Shown piece after piece: positions 1 through 9,135 of a DNA stretch of 64,000 bases (within the stretch, counting starts at the first letter, position 1; every line of letters begins with the position of its first letter). The position numbers were made by a program, and so were the translations under genes. The stretch comes from a virus. The notes beneath the pieces were generated by a model. The model searched no databases, had not been told where the DNA came from, and worked only from the letters and a program-made list of their open reading frames with translations. The stretch spans positions 1,303 through 65,302 of IMG/VR virus record IMGVR_UViG_3300047533_000002, one strand, 5' to 3'.

Positions 1-36
1 AGGGGCGCCGTCTGGGCGCCCGTATAGGCTTTCAGG

Positions 37-1131
37 TTATTCGACTTCGCTCATGGCTACGACGCGCGACAGGTGATCCTCTGTAACGTCCTTGCCAAGG
101 AAACCGTCGAGCTGGGCGCGGGTGAACTTGCCGGCGTCGTGCGTATTGTTCGAGTAGCCACTGAAGCACGCCCGGTGATACAGGTTGTGCCCGGTATGGT
201 AGAGCATGAATAGCGGCTCGTTGGTCGGGAACAGGATGTCGCGCAACTGGGCCGCGCGCTCGAAGCGCATGTCTTTCACGGCCTGGTTCATTTCATGATT
301 CAGCCGCTTCTCGCGTTCGCTATGGGTCATCCGGCTGCGTAGGTTCGCCGGCTGGATGGTGTAGATTTCATGGGTATGAACGACTGAGTGCCCATATTTT
401 CCGCTGACCAGATACCAGGCGGTATTCAGGTCGTAGTAAGCCGTGCCCTGGAATATGCGCTTAGTGCGCCAGTCCTTGTACCAAACCGTCGCGCCATGCT
501 CGATGGTGCCGCCGTCGCGTGCCGTACAGTTGGTTTTCGAGTGAATCGGCGCATGTCCCAACGCCGCATTGTAATGGCAACTCTCGCGGGTGTTGTGGTC
601 CTTCCATTCCAGCGCGGTAAGGCCAGAAGGACCAACCACCAGCGGGCCAAAGTATTTGGGGTTCAGCTCGTAGTTGGTGAAAACGTTACACAGGTACTGC
701 GTGATGCGGTTGCGCGTGCGCTTCATCTCCAGGCGCATCAGGTAGGTCATGTGCTTTTCTAGGTCGCGCTGATAGCGGCCTTCGTGGTCGGAACGATCCG
801 GGGTGTTGATGCTCTGGAAGAACTTCAGGTTGATCGAACAACTGTTCATCTCCAGATCGGCTTTCAAATCACCTTTCTGGCAAAAGCGTTTGCGCCTGCA
901 CGACTCTTCCTCGATTCCATGGCCGTAGCGCGCCTTTTTGGCTGGATCGACTTCGGGCATGGTGCAGGTCCAGCCCAGGTGGCGCATCATCCAAACGACG
1001 CGCTTGAATACTTGGTTCTTGTACTCGCGCTCCCACGCTTTCTGTGCATTCCACTCGCGCGGTACGCCTTCTTCAAGCACGGTCAGAGAGGCCGGGCCCA
1101 GGTTGATCTTGCCGGTACGTTCAATTTGCAT
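37..1131 (-). CDS. Phage hypothetical protein with a C-terminal UVR (UvrB/C-type) coiled-coil motif
   Basis: Likely start ATG 1131 (MQIERTG) with GAGG RBS; motif EMNQAVKDMRFERAAQLRDIL. Confidence 0.7.
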   Translation of the reverse strand: MQIERTGKINLGPASLTVLEEGVPREWNAQKAWEREYKNQVFKRVVWMMRHLGWTCTMPEVDPAKKARYGHGIEEESCRRKRFCQKGDLKADLEMNSCSINLKFFQSINTPDRSDHEGRYQRDLEKHMTYLMRLEMKRTRNRITQYLCNVFTNYELNPKYFGPLVVGPSGLTALEWKDHNTRESCHYNAALGHAPIHSKTNCTARDGGTIEHGATVWYKDWRTKRIFQGTAYYDLNTAWYLVSGKYGHSVVHTHEIYTIQPANLRSRMTHSEREKRLNHEMNQAVKDMRFERAAQLRDILFPTNEPLFMLYHTGHNLYHRACFSGYSNNTHDAGKFTRAQLDGFLGKDVTEDHLSRVVAMSEVE

Positions 1132-1172
1132 AGATGCCTCGATGGGCGCCGGGCGCCCAGGTAATTGGGTGA

Positions 1173-1868
1173 TCAGGCTTCGCCTTGTGCCGGCTCTTCC
1201 TTCGGCATCAGCCACTCGGGCAGGATGGTCTTTGGTGCGTTTCCGTCGCGAAGCTGCATGATGACGGCAACGAAACGCTCGCTCATCTCAGCATCGTCCA
1301 GGCGTACAACGACGCTTCGCCCATCGTCGCGGCATTGAATTCTGATGCCTGCATAGGCCCGCTGCTTGCCGAGAACTTTCACGGCATCCTCGAACAGAGA
1401 CAGGTACTGGGACTGGACGAGCATGGTGGGAGGCGCTTTTCCAAGGTCCGTTGGCAGCACGGCGCGCCACTTCGGGTACACCGCATCGATCAGCGTGATC
1501 CGGCTCAGGTGCATCACGCACTTGCTGAATGGTTCGATCTCGCCATGCTGGATGTCGCCATAGTCCACGATCGCGCCACCATCCGCGATATACAGTCCGG
1601 TCGGCGGCATTCCTTTGATAACGCCCTTCGATCGGCAGGCGCTGATCAGGGGTTTGCTGATGTCACCCACGATGATTGGCTTAGCGCAGAAGCCGTCGGG
1701 GTCGTGCATGACGCCGATGACATGGCCGTTGGTGGCTACGATGATTGCGCCCTGTTCCGGGTGCGGCTCGATGTACACGCCGTTCAGGTAATAGCGAACA
1801 TCGTTGTTCGCCTGGAACAGGTTGATCGCCGCGAAGTAGCGCGGGTTAACGCGGGCAAGGATTTCCAT
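1173..1868 (-). CDS. DNA polymerase III beta-clamp-like protein (phage, partial clamp)
   Basis: Motifs NDVRYYLNGVYIE, IVATNGH, LIDAVYPKWRAVLP match the DnaN central domain; start reassigned to ATG 1868. Confidence 0.75.
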   Translation of the reverse strand: MEILARVNPRYFAAINLFQANNDVRYYLNGVYIEPHPEQGAIIVATNGHVIGVMHDPDGFCAKPIIVGDISKPLISACRSKGVIKGMPPTGLYIADGGAIVDYGDIQHGEIEPFSKCVMHLSRITLIDAVYPKWRAVLPTDLGKAPPTMLVQSQYLSLFEDAVKVLGKQRAYAGIRIQCRDDGRSVVVRLDDAEMSERFVAVIMQLRDGNAPKTILPEWLMPKEEPAQGEA

Positions 1869-1879
1869 ACATTGGAGCC

Positions 1880-2095
1880 TCAATTCTGTTGTTTATGCGC
1901 GTCCTCGAACGCGATCACGTCGTCCAGGCGGTAGCGCACGCCCTGGCCGAACCCGCCCCGGTGACCGATAGCCACGCTTGGCGGGGTTTTTCCGGCAGCA
2001 CGCCAGCGCCCGATGGTCCTGACCGATACCCCCCAGCGCTCGGCCAGGTCTTTGTCGGTCAGGAGGGCGGCTTTCGCCGCCTCCTTGTCCATCAC
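1880..2095 (-). CDS. Excisionase/AlpA-like helix-turn-helix protein
   Basis: LLTDKDLAERWGVSVRTIGRWR...VRYRLDDVIAFE. Confidence 0.75.
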   Translation of the reverse strand: MMDKEAAKAALLTDKDLAERWGVSVRTIGRWRAAGKTPPSVAIGHRGGFGQGVRYRLDDVIAFEDAHKQQN

Positions 2096-3828
2096 TCAGC
2101 GCTCGACAGGGTGAAGCCCGTAGGAGCGAACCCGTGGTGATCCACGAATGCCTGCACTGCCTCGGGGTGGATTTGAACCAGGTCCATGGGCATCACTCCG
2201 TCCACGATGTCGCCCAGCAGCGCATCCATGTTCACCAGCGTGGCCACGCTCTTGCGCTTGCCGACGGTGGCCGGCGCCGTGGTGTGGTAGACGGTCTGGT
2301 CCTGCCCGCTGGCCGGGTCAAAGCCGGTGACCACAGGTTTGGCGGTTTCCGCCGTGGGAGCGGGATCGACAGCCGGCGCAGGATTAGGTGTTGGTTCTGG
2401 CACTGTCTCGGCTGGCGCCTGGGCGGCTGCTTCTGCTGCAGCGGCCTGGCGCCGCTCTTCTTCCTCGCGTTCCTGCTGCTCGCGCTGCAGGCGCTGTTGC
2501 TCTTCCTGGCGAATGCGCTCGCGTTCCTGCTCCAGGCGATCGGCCTCGGCTTTGTCGTGCTCGCTGCAACGAAGGGTCACCACGTTCACGAAGTCCTCGT
2601 GCGGCTTCAGCACCAGCTGGTTCGCGTCGGCGAACAGGCTGCGATACTTGGCGTCCAGCTCGCGCAGGGTCTTCAGGTTCGTTTCGATCTTCTCGGCGAT
2701 CGCGTTCGCCTCGATCTTGACGCGGGCCAGCTCGCTATCGGCGGCATCCTGAAGGGTGGCGATGGTGCGCTTGCCCTTCATGACACCAACGAAGTCGGCT
2801 TCGATGGTCGGCAGGCACACGCGCGGGCCGATACGCTTATTGATGGTCGCGACGTGCTCGCGGAAACCTTCTTCGGCGCCGTTCTTGATCTCGATGCGAA
2901 TGGCCTCCTTGCGGGCTTTGACCAGTTTGTCCAGCTCCAGGCGCTTCTTCCGCATCTCTTCCTTCAGCACGTCGATGGTGCTGAACAGCTCGGCGATGGT
3001 TTGCGTCTGGCTCAAGGCCTGGGACTTGACCAGCTCCAGCTCTTTCTCGGCCTTGTCGCAGAACTTCACAGTCGCTTCGGCATCGGCGAAGTCCTGGTCG
3101 GTCTTCAGGTCGGTATTGATCGAGCGGATGAAGCTCAGCGCCGTGTTCTGGTAAAGCGCCAAGTTGGACTGCTTCACTTCGCCTACCAGCTGGACAGCCA
3201 GGGCCGGGAGCTGTTCGATGGTCTTCGCCGTCGCCTCAACCTTGGCTTCCTTCGGAACGTAGTTAGCCAGGTCTTCCTCAAACTGTGCCCAGCCGGCCAG
3301 AAGCTGCTGCGCACGTCCCGGTACTGGGTAATAGTCCATCGACTCGAAGTTGGCTTCAGTTCCGTCGGAGCAGACGAAGATGGCGTATTCAGCGCCCGAA
3401 ACCACCAGCTGCTGCTCAAGCTGCCAGTAGTATTCCGGGTCAAGCTCGCCAGCACGCACGGCGGCGGCCAGTTCCTTATTCCAGCTTTTGTGCTCATAGA
3501 CCACGTTTTCCATCATGGTCAGGCCGTCGAACGATGCCAGCAGGCGCTCGTCATCGTCGGTAGCGGTTGCCGGGTACAGCTCTTCACCGATCCGCTCTTC
3601 CAGGATCACGCGGGCCTTGGCTTCCAGCTCGTGGCCCTTATCGAACAGGTTTTTCTGCACCCAGTCGCTGACTTCCTTGGCGCTGCCGGTCGCCTTCATG
3701 TGCAGCAGCTCGTTGCGGCGCATCTTCTTCGATGCGTTCATCATGACCGGGGCTTCGCTGGCGGTCAGGCACTTGGCACGGAGGGCGTGCCATTCTGGGG
3801 AACCCTGTGCAACGTCGATAATTTTCAT
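2092..3828 (-). CDS. YqaJ/lambda-exonuclease-family viral recombinase with a long coiled-coil C-terminus
   Basis: QGSPEWHALR..LTASEA, GHELE, ASFDG, YEHK, YYWQLEQQL motifs. Confidence 0.9.
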   Translation of the reverse strand: MKIIDVAQGSPEWHALRAKCLTASEAPVMMNASKKMRRNELLHMKATGSAKEVSDWVQKNLFDKGHELEAKARVILEERIGEELYPATATDDDERLLASFDGLTMMENVVYEHKSWNKELAAAVRAGELDPEYYWQLEQQLVVSGAEYAIFVCSDGTEANFESMDYYPVPGRAQQLLAGWAQFEEDLANYVPKEAKVEATAKTIEQLPALAVQLVGEVKQSNLALYQNTALSFIRSINTDLKTDQDFADAEATVKFCDKAEKELELVKSQALSQTQTIAELFSTIDVLKEEMRKKRLELDKLVKARKEAIRIEIKNGAEEGFREHVATINKRIGPRVCLPTIEADFVGVMKGKRTIATLQDAADSELARVKIEANAIAEKIETNLKTLRELDAKYRSLFADANQLVLKPHEDFVNVVTLRCSEHDKAEADRLEQERERIRQEEQQRLQREQQEREEEERRQAAAAEAAAQAPAETVPEPTPNPAPAVDPAPTAETAKPVVTGFDPASGQDQTVYHTTAPATVGKRKSVATLVNMDALLGDIVDGVMPMDLVQIHPEAVQAFVDHHGFAPTGFTLSSAE

Positions 3829-4523
3829 TGGGTAGTCTCGGTCGGCTGGATAGCTTTGATGGCGGCAATCTGTTCATCGGTGAGCTTCCGTTTCGTGGAA
3901 GCCATCTTGATCACCTTATCGGGGGTGGACTTGTTTCCGGTGATGGCGGCGGTCCAGTTCGGCAGGTTCTTTTTGAACTGCTCGTCCGTGTAAAAGCCGT
4001 CGTCGGCTTCCTGGCTGGCCTTGGCATCGGTTGAGCCCTGGCCCTGGCCTTGGTCGCCTTCTTCACCGTTCTCGTCCAGGTCATCGTCTGCCGCGATATC
4101 CAGCAGGGAAGACTTCGCGTAGCGGCGCAGGTAGGAAATGGTCGCACCGTAGGCTTTGATGTCACCTTTGTTCGCCGGCAGCGGGATTTCAGACACCAGC
4201 TCGGCGCCGCTGCTGTGAAGCAAGCGTGTGAAAAGCGACGTTCCCCCGCCCGACGGATTGATAAGCTGCACGGTCGCCAACCCATGCCTGGAGAGAGCTG
4301 GGCGCGTCTTCGCGGTGATCTCTTCCAGGTCCGCATAGCGGAAGGTGTATTGGCCGACCTTCTGGCGCTGCTCGTTCTTGATGTCGATGCTGACCGAACG
4401 GTTCTTGACGATCGGTTCGAATTCGCCTTGCGCTGCAGCCAGAGCAGCAAACAGCTGGGCCATCTGGTTACCGCTACCGTTGGCGGTGACGACCGGGACC
4501 GGGTCGTCGATGATGTCGTCCAT
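3825..4523 (-). CDS. ERF-family single-strand annealing protein
   Basis: YADLEEI..RPALSRHGL, YGATISYLRRY..DDDLD; start ATG 4523 with GAGGA RBS. Confidence 0.88.
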   Translation of the reverse strand: MDDIIDDPVPVVTANGSGNQMAQLFAALAAAQGEFEPIVKNRSVSIDIKNEQRQKVGQYTFRYADLEEITAKTRPALSRHGLATVQLINPSGGGTSLFTRLLHSSGAELVSEIPLPANKGDIKAYGATISYLRRYAKSSLLDIAADDDLDENGEEGDQGQGQGSTDAKASQEADDGFYTDEQFKKNLPNWTAAITGNKSTPDKVIKMASTKRKLTDEQIAAIKAIQPTETTQ

Positions 4524-4659
4524 AAGAATCCTCAAAGGTGCCTCTAAACGTGGGAGAAATGGCGCATGACCGCGCCGCCTGTTTGGATGATAGAACAGGC
4601 CGTTTAGATTTTGCAAACACCTTTGGCAAAAAGAATGCGCAATGAATGCGCAATCTGTC

Positions 4660-5244
4660 TCAATGGCGGGTCAGCAGGATGCGTGCAGCCCACTCAAGGC
4701 GCTGGCTCGTGCGCGGCACTGGGCCGTGCAGGCTGTAGGTTCCGATCTCATACCCTTTCGAGAGGGTGCCGACCACTTCCTTGCCGCCTTGTATCTTGGC
4801 CACGCAGAAGGCGCCCAGCAGTTCCTCGGGCTCCTGGTGGCCATTGGTAAAGAGCATCCAGCCATCAGCCCAGGCCACGGGGGTGCCGACGGTTCGGCAC
4901 TGTATAGCCCGGCAGTCGGCGGGCAGCCCATCCGGCAATAGAGTGCGCTCTACCGCATTGGGGTCGGCAGGCACAACCTCATACTTACCGTTCAGGTAGC
5001 CGGTGATGGTCACCCGGTTCCGGTCGGTTCGCACTTCCTCGATGCCGGCGTTCAGCATTACCTCATTGAGCGGGGCGCCTAGTATCTGGGCGATCCTGAC
5101 CGCCTCTGAAATCTGCATGCGCCGCTTGCCGTTGAAGGTAAGGGAGATTTGAGACGGCAAAATATCTAGCCGCTTGGCGAGCTGCCGAAGCGATAGCCTG
5201 CGGTCCTTCAATAGGTCTTCGAAAAATTTTTTGTTCGTTTGCAT
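4660..5244 (-). CDS. CI-like prophage repressor (N-terminal XRE HTH)
   Basis: LSLRQLAKRLDILPSQISLTFNGKRRMQISEA; divergent from a small HTH gene. Confidence 0.8.
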   Translation of the reverse strand: MQTNKKFFEDLLKDRRLSLRQLAKRLDILPSQISLTFNGKRRMQISEAVRIAQILGAPLNEVMLNAGIEEVRTDRNRVTITGYLNGKYEVVPADPNAVERTLLPDGLPADCRAIQCRTVGTPVAWADGWMLFTNGHQEPEELLGAFCVAKIQGGKEVVGTLSKGYEIGTYSLHGPVPRTSQRLEWAARILLTRH

Positions 5245-5368
5245 GCGTGCCTCCTGCGCGCTTCGTCAACTCATGGACCAAATGTTTGGATTTTGCAATC
5301 GCCCCTATTGATTTTATGTTGCGATTTTGCAAACATTGCTTCGACAACATGAACACGGTAACCAGGCC

Positions 5369-5716
5369 ATGCCCATTCAAAACGAAGGCGATTTCAACGC
5401 CTTGAATGTGAAACAGCTGCGTAGCCAGCTGAAATTGACGCAACGCAAATTTTGGGAAGCTGTTTGCGTTCCGAATTCGCGTGGTTGCGCATACGAAACG
5501 GGCCGTACACCTATCCCGGCAGAGGTAAAGCGCTTGCTCTACCTGCAGTACGTGATCGGCCTTCCTACCGACATCACCAGCAAAGAAATCAAAGAGCTAG
5601 CGGCCATCGCATCCCCGGCTCGCCGAGCCCAGCGCCAGGCGACCCTTGCCGCTGATTTCATCGACCAAGCCGCCGTCCTGCTGAAGCAGGCGAAGGATGC
5701 TCTGCATGTTCAGTAA
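5369..5716 (+). CDS. Cro-like XRE HTH regulator
   Basis: VKQLRSQLKLTQRKFWEAVCVPNSRGCAYETGRTPIP; divergent from the repressor; start approximate. Confidence 0.7.
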   Translation: MPIQNEGDFNALNVKQLRSQLKLTQRKFWEAVCVPNSRGCAYETGRTPIPAEVKRLLYLQYVIGLPTDITSKEIKELAAIASPARRAQRQATLAADFIDQAAVLLKQAKDALHVQ

Positions 5717-6146
5717 TAGCCACCTCCTGGAGAAGCAGGCTGATCGCGAGATGATCGCGGCGGCCACGGCTGAATTCTACGCACGAGGCAGCACCCAGCA
5801 CGCTCTGCAACACGGCGAGACTGCTGAGCCTGACGATAAGCGTCCTAGCCGTCAGTTGGTGCTCGACCCGGTAAAGCACGAGCAGAGCACTGCACACAAG
5901 CGCCGGCCACGCAAAGAGATCGAGATCAACACCGCCACGCCGCGCCGGCTGGCATCAATAAAGATAGCTCAAGAGAAGTACGCCAAGCAGGCCAAGGCCG
6001 AGCGCGAGAAGCTCGCCATGAAGATCGCGGCCTTTGCCGGCCTTGGTGACACCCAGCAGGAGATCGCAACAGCGATCGGCATCAGCCGGGCCCACCTGCA
6101 GCGCATCGTCAAAGAATTCAACATCAACCTGAAAGTCCAGGCCTAA
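5706..6146 (+). CDS. Phage hypothetical protein with C-terminal HTH
   Basis: Overlaps the upstream stop; TQQEIATAIGISRAHLQRI. Confidence 0.65.
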   Translation: MFSNSHLLEKQADREMIAAATAEFYARGSTQHALQHGETAEPDDKRPSRQLVLDPVKHEQSTAHKRRPRKEIEINTATPRRLASIKIAQEKYAKQAKAEREKLAMKIAAFAGLGDTQQEIATAIGISRAHLQRIVKEFNINLKVQA

Positions 6147-6175
6147 CGGCCCAATACCAACGAGGAAAGCCACCC

Positions 6176-7306
6176 ATGCGTCTGATCAAAAATGCCATCG
6201 TCTTCAAAGCCGAACTGCCACGTCAGGAAGTCCTGGCCCAGCACCTGGCAGAACTGCCGTTTGAGCCCGTCGGCGAAACCTTCATTTCCCGCGCCGGCTT
6301 TATCCCGAACGGTGCTACCGGCGAGCTGCTGACCCCGATCGAAGGCGGGTGCTCGTTCACCCTGCGATACGACGAGAAGATTTTGCCGGCCAGCGCCGTG
6401 CGCCAGGCGGTCAGCGCCGCAATCGACGAAGCCAAGGAACACCTTGGCCGCGACCTGGAAGGCGACGAGATCGGTGCCGTCAAGGAGCGCGTTACCGTCG
6501 AGCTGATCGCCAAGGCGTTGATCAAGAGCACCGTCGTGCACGCTTTCTACCACTCCGAAAGCAATTTCCTGGTCGTACCGACCACGAACAAGAACCTGGC
6601 GCAAGTCTTGGTCGGCACGCTGATCAAGGTTGTGGGCTCGGTCAAGACCACTACCATCCATGTGGACAACGTGAAGGGCGGCCTGACCACGCGCCTGAAG
6701 AGCTACCTGGACGGTGATGAAGAGGCATTCGGCGAGTTCGACCTGGGCGAAAGCGTGCAGCTGAAGAACAAGTCCGACAAGGTGAGCTTCGACCTGGGCA
6801 CACTGGACAGTGCCCGTGCCGGCCTTCGCGAGGCCCTGGACGCTGAGCTGATGGTCGAGCGCATGGCGCTGACGCATAAAGACGTGTCGTTCAAGCTGAC
6901 CCACAACTTCCAGATCAAGGGCATCGAGTTCGGCGGCGAGCTGAGCGAGGAAGAGGAAGCGCAGCGCGAGTACGCCGACGGCGCGTTCCTGTGGCGCCTG
7001 GAAGCCGCAACCCAGTTGCTGCAACTGGTAGCCACTATCCAGGCCCTGTGCGAGCTGTTCGGCTACAAAGAGCCCGAGCAGTCTGAGCCAGTGCCGGCGC
7101 TGGACGACCCGGACGCGGTTGAAGGTGACGAGCTGTACGGCGAGGTCTGCGACTGGATGCGCGGCGAAGGCCGGCCATCGATAAGCGCGGTCCAGCGCAA
7201 ATTCAAGCTTGGCTACAACCGCGCAGCTCGCCTGATCGAGCGCCTGGAGTCTGACGGCATCATCACGCCGATGGACAGCCACGGTCACCGCGAAGTCATC
7301 AAGTAA
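6176..7306 (+). CDS. rdgC: Recombination-associated protein RdgC with C-terminal FtsK-gamma winged helix
   Basis: N-terminal KNAIVFK, LRYDEKILPASAV; C-terminal PSISAVQRKFKLGYNRAARLIERLESDGII. Confidence 0.9.
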   Translation: MRLIKNAIVFKAELPRQEVLAQHLAELPFEPVGETFISRAGFIPNGATGELLTPIEGGCSFTLRYDEKILPASAVRQAVSAAIDEAKEHLGRDLEGDEIGAVKERVTVELIAKALIKSTVVHAFYHSESNFLVVPTTNKNLAQVLVGTLIKVVGSVKTTTIHVDNVKGGLTTRLKSYLDGDEEAFGEFDLGESVQLKNKSDKVSFDLGTLDSARAGLREALDAELMVERMALTHKDVSFKLTHNFQIKGIEFGGELSEEEEAQREYADGAFLWRLEAATQLLQLVATIQALCELFGYKEPEQSEPVPALDDPDAVEGDELYGEVCDWMRGEGRPSISAVQRKFKLGYNRAARLIERLESDGIITPMDSHGHREVIK

Positions 7307-7316
7307 GGAGCCGGCC

Positions 7317-7418
7317 ATGATGCTGCTGTTCGCAGGCGTCTGTATCGGCGCCGTCATTGGGTACGTCGGTCGAATCCTCGATCAGCAGCAGGCCCGCCGT
7401 AACGGGTGGAAGCTGTGA
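7317..7418 (+). CDS. 33-aa single-TM small protein (absent from the ORF track)
   Basis: AAGGAG RBS, MMLLFAGVCIGAVIGYVGRILDQQQARRNGWKL, GTGA overlap with the next gene. Confidence 0.65.
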   Translation: MMLLFAGVCIGAVIGYVGRILDQQQARRNGWKL

Positions 7419-7885
7419 AACTATATCTCCGCAAAGTTCAGGGCGGCCTGGTGCCGGACGACGAGGAAACCGCCGAGGCGATCAAGAAGATCACCCTGGG
7501 CACCGTCGTGCACGGCGAGTTCACCAAGCCGGCCAACTACAAGTTCTTCAAGAAGATGCACGCCCTGGTGCGCCTGACCTTCGACCGGTTCACCGAGAAC
7601 CTGGATACGGGCATGGAATACAGGGGCATGAAGGCCGAACCGTCCTACGAACGCTTCCGCAAGGACATGACGATCCTGGCCGGCTACTACGACGCCACCT
7701 ACGACATCAACGGCAAAGTCCGCGTAGAGGCGAAGTCCTGGTCGTTCGGCAACATGGACGAGGAAGAGCGGGAGAAAATGTACTCCGCGCTGATCAACGT
7801 CGCGCTGCGCAAGTTCTTCGGCGCGCAGCTGACCGAGGCAAAGCTGCGGGAAATCGTCGAGCAAATCTTAGGTTTCGCATCATGA
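7415..7885 (+). CDS. DUF1367-like phage protein
   Basis: YKFFKKMHAL, GYYD, EAKSWSFGNMDEEEREKMYSALIN. Confidence 0.75.
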   Translation: MKLYLRKVQGGLVPDDEETAEAIKKITLGTVVHGEFTKPANYKFFKKMHALVRLTFDRFTENLDTGMEYRGMKAEPSYERFRKDMTILAGYYDATYDINGKVRVEAKSWSFGNMDEEEREKMYSALINVALRKFFGAQLTEAKLREIVEQILGFAS

Positions 7886-8238
7886 AAGGAAAGAACCCCA
7901 GCGCAAAGCAGAAGCGGTTCCACGACCTGCTGGCCCAGCACATCGGCTGCCAGGCCTGTTTCCATGACCATGGAGTGCGCAACACTCATGTGAGCATCCA
8001 TCATGTGGATGGACGCACCAAGCCCAACGCGCACTGGCAGGTGCTGGCGGTTTGCGCCGGCCATCACCAGGACGGCTACGGGGAGCCCGGAATGATCGCC
8101 ATTCACCCGTTCAAGGCTCGCTTCGAGCAGCGCTATGGCCGCCAGCTCGACCTGCTGGGCCAGGCCGTCCAAGAGCTGCGCGCACAAGGGCATGATCTGC
8201 CCGAGGAAGCGCTGGCGCTGATGTTGGAGCCAGCATGA
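7882..8238 (+). CDS. Ref-like (recombination enhancement function) HNH nuclease
   Basis: GCQAC...IHHVDGRTKPNAHWQVLAVCAGHHQ; ATG 7882 overlaps the upstream stop. Confidence 0.8.
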   Translation: MKGKNPSAKQKRFHDLLAQHIGCQACFHDHGVRNTHVSIHHVDGRTKPNAHWQVLAVCAGHHQDGYGEPGMIAIHPFKARFEQRYGRQLDLLGQAVQELRAQGHDLPEEALALMLEPA

Positions 8239-8639
8239 CCGCCCGCATGCGTGAAGACGAATACGCGGCGCTCATGGCCCGCCAGAAGCCTTCCGGGGTT
8301 AAAAAGTGGCAGGCCCTGGGCCGACTGCCGAAAGGCACGATGAACAAAACTGAGGCGGCTTACGCTGCTGAACTTGAGCGCAGGAAGCAGGCTGGCGAGG
8401 TGCTTTGGTTCAGGTTTGAGGGTGTGAAGCTGCGCCTGGCGGACAACACCTTCTACACGCCAGATTTCTTCGTAATGCTCGCCTCGGGGCAACTTGAGGC
8501 GCACGAAGTAAAGGGGCATTGGGAGGACGATGCCCGCGTGAAAACAAAGGTGGCCGCCGACCAGTACCCTTTCCAGTTTATTGGCGTGAAGGCCGTGGCC
8601 AAGAAAGACGGCGGGGGATGGTCCTATGAGTTCTTCTGA
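8235..8639 (+). CDS. DUF1064-like PD-(D/E)xK nuclease
   Basis: MNKTEAAYA, FYTPDFFV, HEVKG. Confidence 0.8.
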   Translation: MTARMREDEYAALMARQKPSGVKKWQALGRLPKGTMNKTEAAYAAELERRKQAGEVLWFRFEGVKLRLADNTFYTPDFFVMLASGQLEAHEVKGHWEDDARVKTKVAADQYPFQFIGVKAVAKKDGGGWSYEFF

Positions 8640-9135
8640 GGAATGGCGGCCTGTCCCTGGTTACGAAGGCCTCTACGAAGTAAGCAGTTCCGGGAAAATC
8701 CGGTCTTGTGCAAGGTCGATTTCATACCGGAACCGACACGGCACCACCACCACGCGCATCATCAAGCCTAAGGTCCTGACGATGCACAGCTGGGGAGCTG
8801 ATTACCCTGGGATGGTTTTCGTTGCTGCCGACGGCGGCAAGAAACGCCGGATGCTCCACCAGGTTGTTGCCGAAGTATTCATACCGAACCCTCTTGGGCT
8901 CGGCTACATCAACCACAAGGACTCGAACCAGTGGAACGCCAGGGCTGACAACCTAGAATGGTGCACCCAGGCGGAAAACATGAAGCATGCGCATGCGGTA
9001 GGGCGCCGCCCGGTTGGCGCTGATCACCACTTCGCCAAACTGCACCGGGATCGATCCGGGCGGTGCCTTGCCGACGTTCATGTGCTTGCTACAAGTGTTT
9101 CGAAAACGCAAACATACGAGAGTGATTCGCAATGA
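8626..9135 (+). CDS. NUMOD4-HNH homing endonuclease (C-terminus possibly truncated)
   Basis: EEWRPVPGYEGLYEVSSSGKIRS; LHQVVAEVF, INHKDSN..N.ADNLEW. Confidence 0.85.
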   Translation: MSSSEEWRPVPGYEGLYEVSSSGKIRSCARSISYRNRHGTTTTRIIKPKVLTMHSWGADYPGMVFVAADGGKKRRMLHQVVAEVFIPNPLGLGYINHKDSNQWNARADNLEWCTQAENMKHAHAVGRRPVGADHHFAKLHRDRSGRCLADVHVLATSVSKTQTYESDSQ

